Shown piece after piece: positions 23,101-35,353 of a stretch of 64,000 bases of DNA. Location: assembly GCA_032718475.1 (NCBI GenBank), contig JAUCBJ010001883.1:1-64000 (forward strand). Reading direction: 5' to 3'. Every line of letters begins with the position of its first letter. Position 1 is the stretch's first letter. The notes beneath the pieces are model-generated. The model ran no database searches. It worked only from the letters and a program-made list of their open reading frames with translations, and was not told the DNA's origin. The translations under genes were made by a program, and so were the position numbers. This DNA is from Nemertoderma westbladi. Its lineage: Eukaryota > Animalia > Xenacoelomorpha.

Positions 23101-25976
23101 TTCGCGTAGTCAAGTTGTCCAATCGAGCGTAGTGTAGTAATGGCGTTTTTAATCTCGTCAGCCAATTTCAGTAAGTCAACGGGTTTTGTAATAGCCCCTC
23201 CCTTACAGAGTTCTTCTATTACTGACTTAGCCATACTTACGGTGCCTCCGTAAATCGATGTTAAGCGATCGTACGCTAGTTCGAAGGCATCTGGTACACC
23301 AACAAAAGTCTCCGCTAGACGTTTCGGTTCTCCCGATAATGTTTGTAACAGGTAGTTGAATTTTTCTCTCGATGTAAAAGCACACACAGCGATTTGAGAT
23401 TCAATGTAGTCTACAAAGGTGTGCCAATGTTTAGAGTTGCCGGAAAACTTAGGTGGTTGTTGCACCGGTAGTCCTTGTCTCGCTGCGAATTTCGCTATTT
23501 CTTCAGCAACGTTCAAAGTTTCGCGTCCTGGGTTGGCAACCTGGTTGATGTTCTCCCTTCTTGGCGCTTTTCTTTGATACGATGTGTTGGTCAATGGTAT
23601 TTGTCTTTGCGGAACTTTTGGATTTCTATTGTGTTCGAATTCGGAATTTCTCGAACTATCGGAGTGAACTTCCTCCAAGCGTTCCTCTATCTGGGCCAAC
23701 TTGTTGACAACTGGTCGCAGAATGTCGGCAAATTGTTGAGTACTGATTGCGTCCGTTGGTTGTAACGCCCTTTGTGTTGGTGTATTCTGTGGAGGATTGT
23801 CAATAAATGAGTTATCTGAACGCTCACGTTTACATTAGTCGGCCGCTCCTGTTCTAAATACCTCGCGTTTCGGGTAATCCGACTCACTTGAAGTACTACT
23901 GTCACCTGGATACGGTGGTCGATGTGCTCGTGTCCGTTGCGTCGTCCGAATTCTAACGTTTCGCTTCGGAACATCGTCTACTGGTCTCCTTTGTTCGGTA
24001 GGCTCACAGGTCTTCCTCGAAGTCGTAGATTGCAATGTAAACTGGTTAAACGGTCGCGTATCCACTGGTCTCCGTTGCTCGGTAGGCTCGCAGGTCTTCC
24101 TCGAAGTCGTAGATTGCGATGTAAACTGATTAAACGGTGGTCGAGTGACAGCGTTTGAATCTAAAGGCCTTGTAGGCCTAAACGTCATTGGGTATGTGTA
24201 GTGCGTAACGGGTTTTGGTGTCGAAGGTGGACTCACCTGTTTTGTCGTTAGTAGTGCAGGTCCGGTCAATAAACTACTACGATCGGCAATCGGTGGGTTA
24301 CTTACCTTGACTTTCAGAATAGGCGACGACGTTGCTCTTGGCGGTATGAACTTGTCCGGAATAACAAACCTGTGTTCCGTCGCACCATGGATAGGAGAAA
24401 TATTACTACTACCCGCAATCGAAACAGGTTCCTTAGTCGTAACTGGTGCAAACATAGGAGTTACTTGAGGGAATCTTTGACATAAGTCTTTAACTAGTTG
24501 TCTTTCTCGCCAAGGTGCCCCTACACTTCCTTCCTTCATTCGTTCCTGAATTTGGCGGTGCCTTACCTCTATCTGGTCCAAATCATGTCCGTCACGAGAT
24601 CTCATCGATCGATCGCGGGATAGAAGATCCAGATTTTCCTTGGCTTCGGCTAGTTCTCTCGCCTTTCTTTCGAGTTCGAAATGAAGTTTAACTTCCTTCT
24701 CGCGTTGTTCCGTCAGTTGTTGTTGCGCCTCGAACTCCGCTTGTCGTATAGCTGATTGAGCCTTTATTTGCCGTTTTTTCAATTCGGCTTGGGCTTCCGA
24801 AACTCGCCTTTGTTCGTCTAACGCTGCCGCTGCCGCTTGTCGTTCCAACTCGGCTGCTGCCGCTTGTCGTTCCAACTCAGCCGCTGCCGCTGCCGCTGCC
24901 GCTGTCGCTGTCGCTTGTCGTTCCAACTCGGCTGCTGCCACTCGTTGCGCTAACTCAGCTGCCGCTGCTCTTTGTGCTATTTCTAGCTCCAACCTTTCCA
25001 TCTCAGCCGCTTCCAACTCGGCTTGTTCTTGCAGATGAGAGATTCTCGCAACATTTGCAACGCGTAGCTTCTCTTCCTCTACAGCCGCTTGTACAGTTAA
25101 CAATTGAGTTTGTTCTTCCATTTCTCGTTGTTGTCTGTGGTACAGTTGTTGCTGTCTAGAAATTTCTGACGTCACTATACTTACCTCGCCAATTTCGCTG
25201 CGAATACTCACTAACGATTGGTCCAGTATTTCCGGTGCCGATTCGATTTGTACGGGTAAAGTTCCCCTCGTATATTCCGGCACGGTTTCCAAATCGCCGA
25301 CGTCTTCGCCACACATACGTAAGTGATCCGTCAGATGTTTCAGTTGTCCATCCAGTCGGTACAGTTCCTGTTCTTCCTCGGGCTGTAATAACTCGTCGGA
25401 AACCGACTCACCTAGCAACTGGTCCGCTTGTTCCTGTTGTATCTGTCTAATGGTCGTCTTAAACTGAATCAGTTTCTCCCTAGCGATCATTAATTTCTCG
25501 AGGATTCTAAACTGTGTGTCCATATCCTGTCTCTGTCTAGCTAGATCTTGTAGACCTATTAGATTATCTACGGACTTATGTACTCTACTCTGTACTCTCA
25601 CCTGTAGAGTGTAGAACTCGAATCGAGACATCGGAGCGGTCAACTCGTCTAATATGCGTTGGCCTTCTCCAATACTCCTAGTAATATGCGCCATGTAACC
25701 GCCGACGCTTCTAACAACTCTTTCTGTGCTTCCTACTGAACTTACCATCTCCGTTTCCCTATGTCTAGGTTGCGGGACCGTTAGAAAGTCCTCAGTCCTG
25801 CCGTCGCCTCGTACTACGGCATCCGGTACTCCCGTTGGATGTACTGGTGACGCGCACGGTGTATGTTCGGCAGGCTCGCGAGTCTTCCCCTGTAGTTCTT
25901 CCGCTGCTGACTTATCCGCGTCACATGAGTCATAGTCGGTTTGTGTATTCTTCGTATAGTCTTGTTTGTCACTCAT
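17154..25976 (-). pseudogene. BEL/Pao gag-pol polyprotein, disabled by one in-frame stop (23835-23837) and three frameshifts (about 22760, 19345, 18025)
   Basis: Coiled-coil N-terminus; Gag PPKFSGNSKHW; three Cys-His knuckles; protease ILDSAS; RT YLPHHYV, DVEAMF, FYVDD; RNase H FSDAS, PRAELQAA, FYWTD, NPADIASRG; integrase H..H/C..C, GIDCFGP, SDQGTNF, PWRGGVWERL. Confidence 0.92.
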
Positions 25977-26774
25977 TTCGGTAGTTGTAAGTCAAGTAAA
26001 GTGAGTGTCAAAGTATCAAACTTACGGTATTTGTATAAAAACGGTATTAATTACAGTCATATAAAATTAGCCTACCGGCCGATTTTATAGCAGATGGATA
26101 AAATTAGCCTAAACGGCCAATTTTACAGCAAATAAATGTCACGGAATAAGTATATAATAAAATTAGCCTACCGGCCAATTTTATAACAAATAAATCGGAT
26201 AACGATATGCGTTATCAAAAGGTAAATTAAATACAATAATACGGACTAATTCAGCAATAAACAAAGAAATCGTACGGAATGCATAAATACTTGAGACAGT
26301 GGAACCCACAATAATTTTAACTAATACGGTAATGCCTAACTTATTTATGCAACTTTTCGAACTCACCCCCTCCAATGATTCTCCAGAAAAACAGATTCCC
26401 AGATACAAACCGGACGTGAACCTTTCCGTTTCCAGCGTTGCGGACGAAGTGCGATTTTCCCAACCAAAGTTGTTGAGTTATCTATCTCCCAAACTTGCTA
26501 AACACGGTCTTGCTCTCGTTACAGTCTAGAAATGAGCTCTGAATCCTGAAAAACAAAAGAGTTAGGTTTTACTTTTACGAAAATTTTGTACCGGTTCAAT
26601 ATGGTATTTAAACCCCTTTTTTAAACACCGGTATTCAATTCCAAAATATTTTACACGCATTTCAAATCAAAATTTTATTCAAAATATTAGCACTTAGCTA
26701 ATCAAATACGAATTTTTACCTCAAAATACAAAATTTTCAAATAATTTTGTTCTGCTGAACCGTAGTTCAGAAGA

Positions 26775-26786
26775 TCATATTCCTAC
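26775..26786 (-). promoter_or_regulatory. Putative primer-binding site, complementary to a 12-mer inside the LTR
   Basis: Minus-strand GTAGGAATATGA abuts the 5' LTR and lacks the TGG of a tRNA PBS; its exact complement lies at 27810-27821 and 11019-11030. Confidence 0.6.
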
Positions 26787-28358
26787 TATATGAAGAGACA
26801 ATAACAAATACACGAATCCTGCAATATCATACTATAGAGTCTGTGAATCAAAGCATAAATCCGACCTTCTCACCAAAACAGTAAACTCTAAGTAGGCAAA
26901 CCTATTGCAGTATCGGTCTCTTATAACCGGTGAGGCAGAAAACAGTCTACAAACGGACAAACTTCGATAAAACAAAATCCCGCGCAGTGAATCCTAAAAT
27001 CGGGCTGACTCACTGACGGACTAAAGGCGCTCGTATACTTTGCCGCGGTGTGATTTATATGATGAAAAAGACGCTAGCTACAAATATAACCAGCGGGAAA
27101 ATCCGCAGTGTGAACAAATTATTTTATATATTTTGAGGTATAAATAATTCCTAAACGCGCGTGTGTTTTAATTCATAGGTCAAAATTGATATTTATCCTT
27201 CATATACTCTCATTTACTGGGTCCGGCGTTTATTTTACAAATATTCTAATATTTTGGTAACTTGTAGGTCCAATACTTACAAATAATAAGGCTCCTTCCC
27301 CTTTCATGTATTTCCAGGACTCAAATTCAGGCATAGGGTTAATGCTACGCCCAGAATTCGGCAATTTAATTTACCAGGTCCCTAATACTAAGAAGAAATG
27401 TGTTAGTTTACTACTGTAGGCGTACGGTTACAAATAGCTATCCTGGCTCTTATCTGGAATTTTAGTCACCTAGGTAGGCTGGGTAACTTCCTATCAGGAC
27501 GTTGGCGGGGACACGGTAGGTGTTAGTATCCCTAATAGCCTTAATTTATTTGCGCCTAGTTGTAAACTGCCCTACCGCCTGAACGGTATAATCTCAATTC
27601 AGGGAAATCACAGCAATCCTCTCCTGGCCTACAAGTTCCAACGCAAGCAATAAACACCGTGTACTGCCGACAAGCCACCAACGCACCTATACCTGACAAT
27701 GAGTTAGGCGTACAGTTTTGCTGCACCCTACCAATGTACATGCCGGGTAATGGTGTGCCTGTGTCCTATCTGCGTACGGGTATCTCTGTCTAACTTTCCT
27801 TTTCTCCCCGTAGGAATATGAAGGGGTTCTGCGGGTTTTCCAAGAATTGGGACAATACAGTTCTTAATTTAAATTTTGGCGTACAGTGTGTCGCTACTCC
27901 TACCATCGATCGTAGGTCTTACACTTAGGTAGCGAAGCATCGAACACTGTCTAACCTTCAGGCGATGGGCGAATAACTCGAATAGATATTGTGGGCGGTC
28001 TCCTGTTCACATTCCCCGATGTTCCCGTTCACTTGCACGACATTGGTTATAATCTAATAACTACAGTCCCATTGGTTAATCTAGGTACAGACAAATGCAA
28101 TTTAATTTGTAGCGGTCAATTTAAATGAGTTGAAATTCTGTACAAAAAATAATTCGCACCTACAAGGATTCGAACTCAATACCTACTACATATAATTTCC
28201 AACGCTCTACCGACTGAGCTGCTGAACCACTTGAATAATCATCGTACAAATAGATATAGTAAATACAAATGAGGACTCAATGTAATCTTTTAGCAAAGTT
28301 AATTCGAATAAAATAAAATTTTGAAAATCCACGGCATTTATGAGAATATAATTCTATA
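26787..28358 (-). repeat. 5' LTR of the BEL element (1572 bp; lacks the 355 bp equivalent to 11243-11597)
   Basis: Direct repeat of 9995-11922; deletion junction at an ACT microhomology (28031-28033). Confidence 0.92.
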
Positions 28359-28495
28359 ACACAAGCTATACCAGTGCCGTTAGGATTAGATAGGGCCACT
28401 GAACCCGTATAAATGAAGTTTATTTAATCTTAATGATGGAGAATCGTAAAAAACTTAAACAGTATCTCTTCAATTCGTAATACCATTGATGTTAA

Positions 28496-31400
28496 AGTGC
28501 CTTTGACCGAATCTGCTCCGATAACCTCAGTTTCATGTTCAATGCCGCAGTTGGCTGAATCTTCCCAGATAACCCCAGTTATGTGTTCAGCGCCGCAGTT
28601 GGCTGAATCTGCCCCGTAACCCCAGTTTTGTGTTCAGTGCCGCAGTTGGCTGAATCTGCCCCGATAACCCCAGTTACGTGTTCAGTGCCGCAGTTGGCTG
28701 AATCTGCCTAGATAACCCCAGTTTTGTGTTCAGTGCCGCAGTTGGCTGAATCTGCCCCGTAACCCCAGTTTCGAGTTCAGTGCCGCAGTTGGCTGAATCT
28801 GCCCCGTAACCCCAGTTACGTGTTCAGTGCCGCAGTTGGCTGAATCTGCCCAGATAACCCCAGTTTTGTGTTCAATGCCGCAGTTGGCTGAATCTGCCCA
28901 GATAACCCCAGTTATGTGTTCAGTGCCGCAGTTGGCTGAATCTGCCCCATAACACCAGTATCGTGTTCAGTGCTGCAGTTGGCTGAATCTGCCCAGATAA
29001 CCCCAGTTTTGTGTTCAGTGCCGCAGTTGGCTGAATCTGCCCAGATAACCCCAGTTACGTGTTCAGTGCCGCAGTTGGCTGAATCTGCCCAGATAACCCC
29101 AGTTTTGTGTTCAATGCTGCAGTTGGCTGAATCTGCCCAGATAACCCCAGTTATGTGTTCAGTGCCGCAGTTGGCTGAATCTGCCCCATAACCCCAGTAT
29201 CGTGTTCAGTGCTGCAGTTGGCTGAATCTGCCCAGATAACCACAGTTACATGTCCAGTGCCGCAGTTGGCTGAATCTGCCCCGATAACCACAGTTACATG
29301 TCCAGTGCCGCAGTTGGCTGAATCTGCCCCGATAATCCCAGTTACATGTTCAGTGCTGCAGTTAGATGAATCTGCCCCAATAACCCCAGTTACATGTTCA
29401 GTGCCGCACTTAGATGAATCTGCCCCGATAACCCCAGTTACATGTTGAGTGCCGCAGTTAGATGAATCTGCCCCGATAACACCAGTTACGTGTCCAGTGC
29501 CGCAGTTGGCTGAATCTGCCCCGATAACCCCAGTTACATGTTCAGTGCTGCAGTTAGATGAATCTGCCCCAATAAACCCAGTTACATATTCAGTGCCGCA
29601 GTTAGATGAATCTGCCCCGATAACCCCAGTTATGTGTTCAGTACCGCAGTTGGCTGAATCTGCCCAGATAACCGCAGTTACATGTCCAGTGCCGCAGTTG
29701 GTTGAATCTGCCCAGATAATCGCAGTTACATGTCCAGTGCCGCAGTTGGATGAATCTGCCCAGATAACCCCAGTTATGTGTTCAGTGCCGCGGTTGGATG
29801 AATCTGCCTAGATAACCCCAGTTTTGTGTTCAGTGGGGCAGTTGGCAGAATCTGCTCCGATAACCCCAGTTACGTGTTCAGTGCCGCATTTGGCTGAATC
29901 TGCCCCGATAACCCCAGTATCGTGTTCAGTGCTGCAGTTGGCTGAATCTGCCCAGATAACCCCAGTTTTGTGTTCAGTGCCGCAGTTGGCTGAATCTGCC
30001 CAGATAACCCCAGTTACGTGTTCAGTGCCGCAGTTGGCTGAATCTGCCCAGATAACCCCAGTTTTGTGTTCAGTGCCGCAGTTGGATGAATCAGCCCCGA
30101 TAACCCCAGTTACATGTTCAGTGCCACAGTTGGATGAATCTGCCCCGATAACCCCAGTTACATGTTCAGTGCCACAGTTGGATGAATCTGCCCCGATAAC
30201 CCCAGTTACGTGTTCAGTGCCGCAGTTGGATGAATCTGCCCCAATAACACCAGTTACATGTTCAGTGACGCAGTTAGATGAATCTGCCCCGATAACCCCA
30301 GTTACATGTTCAGTGCCACAGTTGGCTGAATCTGCCCAGATAACCCCAGTTACATGTTCAGTGACGCAGTTAGATGAATCTGCCCCGATAACCCCAGTTA
30401 CATGTTCAGTGCCGCAGATGGCTGAATCTGCCCAGATAACCCCAGTTACATGTTCAGTGCCGCAGTTAGATGAATCTGCCCCGATAACCCCAGTTACATG
30501 TTCAGTGCCGCAGTTAGATGAATCTGTCCCGATAACCCCAGTTACATGTTCAGTGCCGCAGTTGGCTGAATCTGCCCAGATAACCCCAGTTACATGTTCA
30601 GTGCCGCAGTTAGATGAATCTGCCCCAATAACCCCAGTTACATGTTCAGTGCCGCAGTTAGATGAATCTGTCCCGATAACCCCAGTTACATGTTCAGTGC
30701 CGCAGTTAGATTAATCTGCCCAGATAACCCCTGTTACGTGTTCAGTGCCGCAGTTGGATGAATCTGCCCCGATAACCCCAGTTACATGTTCAGTGCCGCA
30801 GTTAGATGAATCTGCCCCGATAACCCCAGTTACATGTTCAGTGCCGCAGTTAGATGAATCTGCCCCAATAACCCCAGTTACATGTTCAGTGCCACAGTTG
30901 GCTGAATCTGCCCAGATAACCGCAGTTACATGTCCAGTGCCGCAGTTGGCTGAATCTGCCCAGATAACCCCTGTTACGTGTTCAGTGCCGCAGTTGGTTG
31001 AATCTGCCCAGATAACCGCAGTTACATGTCCAGTACCACAGTTGGCTGAATCTGCCCAGATAACCCCAGTTACATGTTCAGTGCCGTAGTTAGATGAATC
31101 TGCCCTGATAACCCCAGTTACATGTTCAGTGCCGCAGTTGGCTGAATCTGCCCAGATAACCGCAGTTACATGTCCAGTGCCGCAGTTGGCTGAATCTGCC
31201 CAGATAACCCCTGTTACGTGTTCAGTGCCGCAGTTGGCTGAATCTGCCCAGATAACCGCAGTTACATGTCCAGTACCAGAGTTGGCTGAATCTGCCCAGA
31301 TAACCGCAGTTACATGTCCAGTGCTGTAGTTGGCTGAATCTGCCCCAATAACCCCAGTTACATGTTCAGTGCCGCCGTTAGATGAATCTGCCCTGATAAC

Positions 31401-32237
31401 CCCAGTTACATGTTCAGTGCCGCAGTTAGATGAATCTGCCCAGATAACCCCTGTTACGTGGTCAGTGCCACAGTTGGATGAATCTGCCCCGATAACCCCA
31501 GTTACATGTTCAGTGCCACAGTTGGATGAATCTGCCCAGATAACCCCAGTTACATGTTCAGTGCCGCAGTTAGATGAATCTGCCCCAATAACCCCAGTTA
31601 CATGTTCAGTGCCGCAGTTAGATGAATCTGCCCAGATAACCCCAGTTACTTGTTCAGTGCCGCAGTTAGATGAATCTGCCCAGATAACCCCTGTTACGTG
31701 GTCAGTGCCACAGTTGGCTGAATCTGCCCAGATAACCGCAGTTACATGTCCAGTGCTGCAGTTGGCTGAATCTGCCCCGATAACCCCAGTTACATGTTCA
31801 GTGCCGCAGTTAGAAGAATCTGCCCCGATAACCCCAGTTACATGTTCAGTGCCGCAGTTAGATGAATCTGCCCAGATAACCCCAGTTACATGTTCAGTGC
31901 TGCAGTTGGCTGAATCTGCCCCGATAACCCCAGTTACATGTTCAGTGCCGCAGTTAGATGAATCTGCCCAGATAACCGCAGTTACATGTCCAGTGCTGCA
32001 GTTGGCTGAATCTGCCCCGATAACCCCAGTTACATGTTCAGTGCCGCAGTTAGAAGAATCTGCCCCGATAACCCCAGTTACATGTTCAGTGCCGCAGTTA
32101 GATGAATCTGCCCAGATAACCCCAGTTACATGTTCAGTGCCGCAGTTAGATGAATCTGCCCAGATAACCCCTGTTATGTGGTCAGTGCCACAGTTGGATG
32201 AATCTGGCCCGATAACCCTAGTTACGTGTTCAGTGCG
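28496..32237. repeat. 48-bp tandem satellite, about 78 copies
   Basis: Unit gccgcagttggctgaatctgcccagataaccccagttacatgttcagt; a few 47-bp units near the left end; a duplication at 240-bp spacing (31741 vs 31981). Confidence 0.95.
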
Positions 32238-32929
32238 CAATACGTACGTACGCAATCGTACGCAATGCGATCAAGGTCTAGGAAGAAACTAACTGGAAAG
32301 CGACCAAACCATGATGAGAAGTAAGGAACGACCAAGTTGGACAAGGAGTTCTACTGGGAGAATGTTAACGACACTGAGGAAACCCTCAACACTTAACCCA
32401 GAACAACGTTCAAGGGGATATCATCAGAAGATGAGAGACGTGGAAAAGCCAATAGAATGAGAAACATAAGTTCTATTATATTAGATACTATATATGCTAC
32501 GAACTTATACTTTTAACATTTAGATAATATGGGAGAAAGCAAACAGGCAGAGGAACTACCCACCCTGTTGTTGGAGAAACAAATTAAACAAATAGAGATG
32601 AGAGAGTTCGTTGACAGGAGCACCTAGGAAACGAAGGAGACTGGACACCCCAACAACCAACCTTCCTTGGGAAGAGAGTAGTATCGCGCCAACAGTGCCC
32701 AGACATTTGAAGTGATGCTACATGACTGAAAGCAATCTTAGACAGACTCCTTAGAATATTTAGGTATAGTTTATGTGATGTAACAAGGAAGTAAGGGTTT
32801 TAACATGAAAAATAAAACATAGATAGAATAGAAAATAAATAAAATATTTTCAAAAACCGTTCATACATTTGCTGTATCTATACGTTCGGACAGTTTAGAA
32901 GCGAGGTGCTTCAGGAACCGTATGGAAGA

Positions 32930-33480
32930 GGGTCAGGCGAAGATAAGATTAGTGTCATAAACATAGCATGCTCGACCTCGCGAGTCATCTCCACATACCT
33001 GTTTCACTTCCGGTTCTCATGGAATAGGTGGGTGGAGTTAAGAACCATGGCTACGTTCATCAGGATGATGGGGTTGAATACAGAAATGTTGATAAACGTC
33101 TTCTGGTTGCAGTTCCCCCAGAAACCGGAGAATGGAAAGTCCAGCTGGGCATGTTTTTCCACAAAGGTGGATGCATGGATGAACTGCTCGCTGGTGATAG
33201 GTTGCATAAGCCGTTCAAATCTTACCTTATGAGTGACTTCTGTTAGGATGGTGGTGACAAAATCCCGAAACTCATTATGCCTTATAGATGGATAAGCGCC
33301 GGTGGGACAAGACAAGATATAGTTTATGGAAAATCTTGACTCTCAGGCACAACGCGCAGGGAACGATTTGAGTTGCCACCCATAATGCACACACAATGTA
33401 TTGCGAAACTCCTAATTGAGATGGGTTATCATTATTGGGTTTTCAGCAAAGCCGATCAACAGATCAATTCCCATGTCAGT
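32930..33480 (-). mobile_element. Degenerate 3' fragment of a CRE-like non-LTR retrotransposon (zinc knuckle plus restriction-like endonuclease)
   Basis: FRNTLCVHYGW...SCPTGAYPSIRHNEFRD...LD...GFWG....FINISVFNP resembles the CRE consensus FRDALCLRYGW..C..GG....RHNE.RD...RLD...GFW.....FFDVRVF.P. Confidence 0.7.
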
Positions 33481-34179
33481 GATCAATTCACTCAACTTTT
33501 GTTGCTGCTCAGGTACGTTTGCTGCTCACAAAATCAATTTTCTCCTTTAATAAAAGAACCGCGCTGACCTTTATCCCAGTTGTGATTTGTAGCAGGGCCT
33601 CAATTATGACGGCTGGGTTTTCCAGTTCGGTGTAGAGTTCACAGATTAACCTAGAATTGTAGTTTTCTACTTCCAGATCCATTGGTGTCAGGATGGCTAA
33701 TCTCCAATGATGAACCAGTAGTGAGAAATGTTCATGATCTGATGAGGTTAAACCAGATTTTATATTCTCAGGTTTTATAAATTAAGCAGAATGTATAATA
33801 TATAATACTTAATTGTGGATGAATAAACATTTAATAAAAGATGAACTCTGATAAAACGCAGACGATCATAATGGATTCATAATGGCTCTCATTTGCCAAT
33901 AATATCAATTGTTTCAATTGTAAGCAACAAGTTACCTAATTATTTTTCATTATTACCTGCCCAAATCCTGTGAAATAATGGTGATTTTATTGAAAGCTAA
34001 AGATCTACAAGAAATATTGTCTTCTTTATAGATATATATTATTATTCATAGACATTACTATGAAAGGGTTAAATTGTTGTAAGATAATCATTTTATTACC
34101 TTTAGAATTTATCAATGATCAGAAAACACCTTCCAAAGAATGATTTGGAGACAATTATATATTAATTCATTAGCTCTCT

Positions 34180-34480
34180 GCTAGATTATAACAATGCACA
34201 ATAATTGGGATTTCTTCAAAAACACATCGCTGCAAGACTCGTATGCATTGTAAAAAATTATGATCATACCACTCAGACTGTAAATCATATAACTCCTATA
34301 ATAAAGGAGATCCAAAGAAGGGTTGCATGTGCAAAGAGGAATACTTAAATATTGCTTTGCTGTTCGGGAATTCAAGTGTCTAATCGCCTCAGCTTCCAAT
34401 TACCTGGCAGAATTGGTATTACAATACAGGCCTGCGCGTGCTCTGCTTATAAAAATGAACAGCAAGCTAGTTGGAAGGAA
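34180..34480 (+). mobile_element. Degenerate L2/CR1-group LINE ORF2 C-terminal fragment
   Basis: LDYNN..., AARLV....YDH, HITPIIKEI and FKCL..SASNYLAELV..YRPARAL match the L2 tail LDYCN/AARL/HITP.L..LHWL/APSYL. Confidence 0.65.
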
Positions 34481-35239
34481 CGCATCCGGTAAATCTTTTC
34501 AATAATAATATGGTTTATCTAAATTAACGGTTTTATATAATAGTTAAACTGCATTGTGAAAAAGATGCCCTATCCTGATTATCATTTGGTAAGCCAAACA
34601 ACTGCTGCATTACTTGTTATTGTCAGTGGAATGGGAAGATGAAACATTGCCTGGAAGAGTGAAAACTTTCCTTTCTGTGGGTCAAGCCACGAAGTAAGCT
34701 GAACCTTAGCATAGGGGTACCATTAATCGGTCTGTCGTTCTGTCGTGTTCAATATTTGAACGTTAATAATTCGATAAATCCTTGATTAAATCTATCTAAA
34801 CTTGGTACACATGTAGTCTGGCAAATTTAGAAATTTTCCGAGCCGAATTTGCTTGTGACCTTCAAGAAGCTAAGATAAAAGCAATTAATTAGCTAATTAA
34901 GTTGATTGGGGTAAAAAACAGCATTTTTCTGCAGCCCTTTCAGGAAATTAATTATTTTCTAGTACACAATGTAAATATACTTAAAAAGTATACAGATGCA
35001 ATCCCCATACCACATTCCATTATAGTTTTTAATTAGATTTGCTGTAATAAATGTGTCTTAGCACGCATAACGGCATAAACGCATAAACTGCTCAGATTAG
35101 AGTTCGCTCTTCCAAAGTCTTCCAGACTGGGATGTGTGTATAGCTGCTATAACTGGAGCAGCCAACCAGATAAACTAAACAAAGTGGAAAGTGCTTCTGG
35201 GAGGTTAGAATGCATACACATACACCCCAAGCAAACAGT

Positions 35240-35353
35240 CGGCCGAAGCCGGAGGCGACCCGAAGGCTCCTCTTTCGATAGCTGCTACCCAAAGGTAGGG
35301 GTGGGCGCTGCTCCTATCCCAAGATTTGCTCCCAGTTTTTTAACTGGTACTCA
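35240..35353 (-). mobile_element. SINE-like fragment
   Basis: Minus strand tgagtaccag...ggagcaaatc...ggagcagcgccc...gaaagaggagccttcgggtcgcc resembles a body sequence I recall from invertebrate tRNA-derived SINEs; the head is absent. Confidence 0.4.

Larger units (their letters stand above)
9995..28358 (-). mobile_element. Full-length BEL/Pao LTR retrotransposon with an extra third ORF
   Basis: Paired LTRs about 99% identical apart from one 355-bp indel; 5-bp TSD ACACA (9990-9994, 28359-28363); Pao-type gag, PR-RT-RH-IN order and motifs. Confidence 0.95.

Noticed and set aside
17995-23837. Programmed frameshift or readthrough in BEL gag-pol
   Set aside because: There are four breaks, including one inside the integrase core; decay or assembly error explains them better.
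13490-25935. Numerous plus-strand ORFs overlapping the BEL ORFs
   Set aside because: They are antisense shadows of the minus-strand coding frames.
28496-32237. CRISPR array, or ice-nucleation-type 16-aa repeat gene
   Set aside because: Units are contiguous with no unique spacers or cas genes; the peptide lacks the GYGS/TxT pattern and the array has stops and frameshifts.
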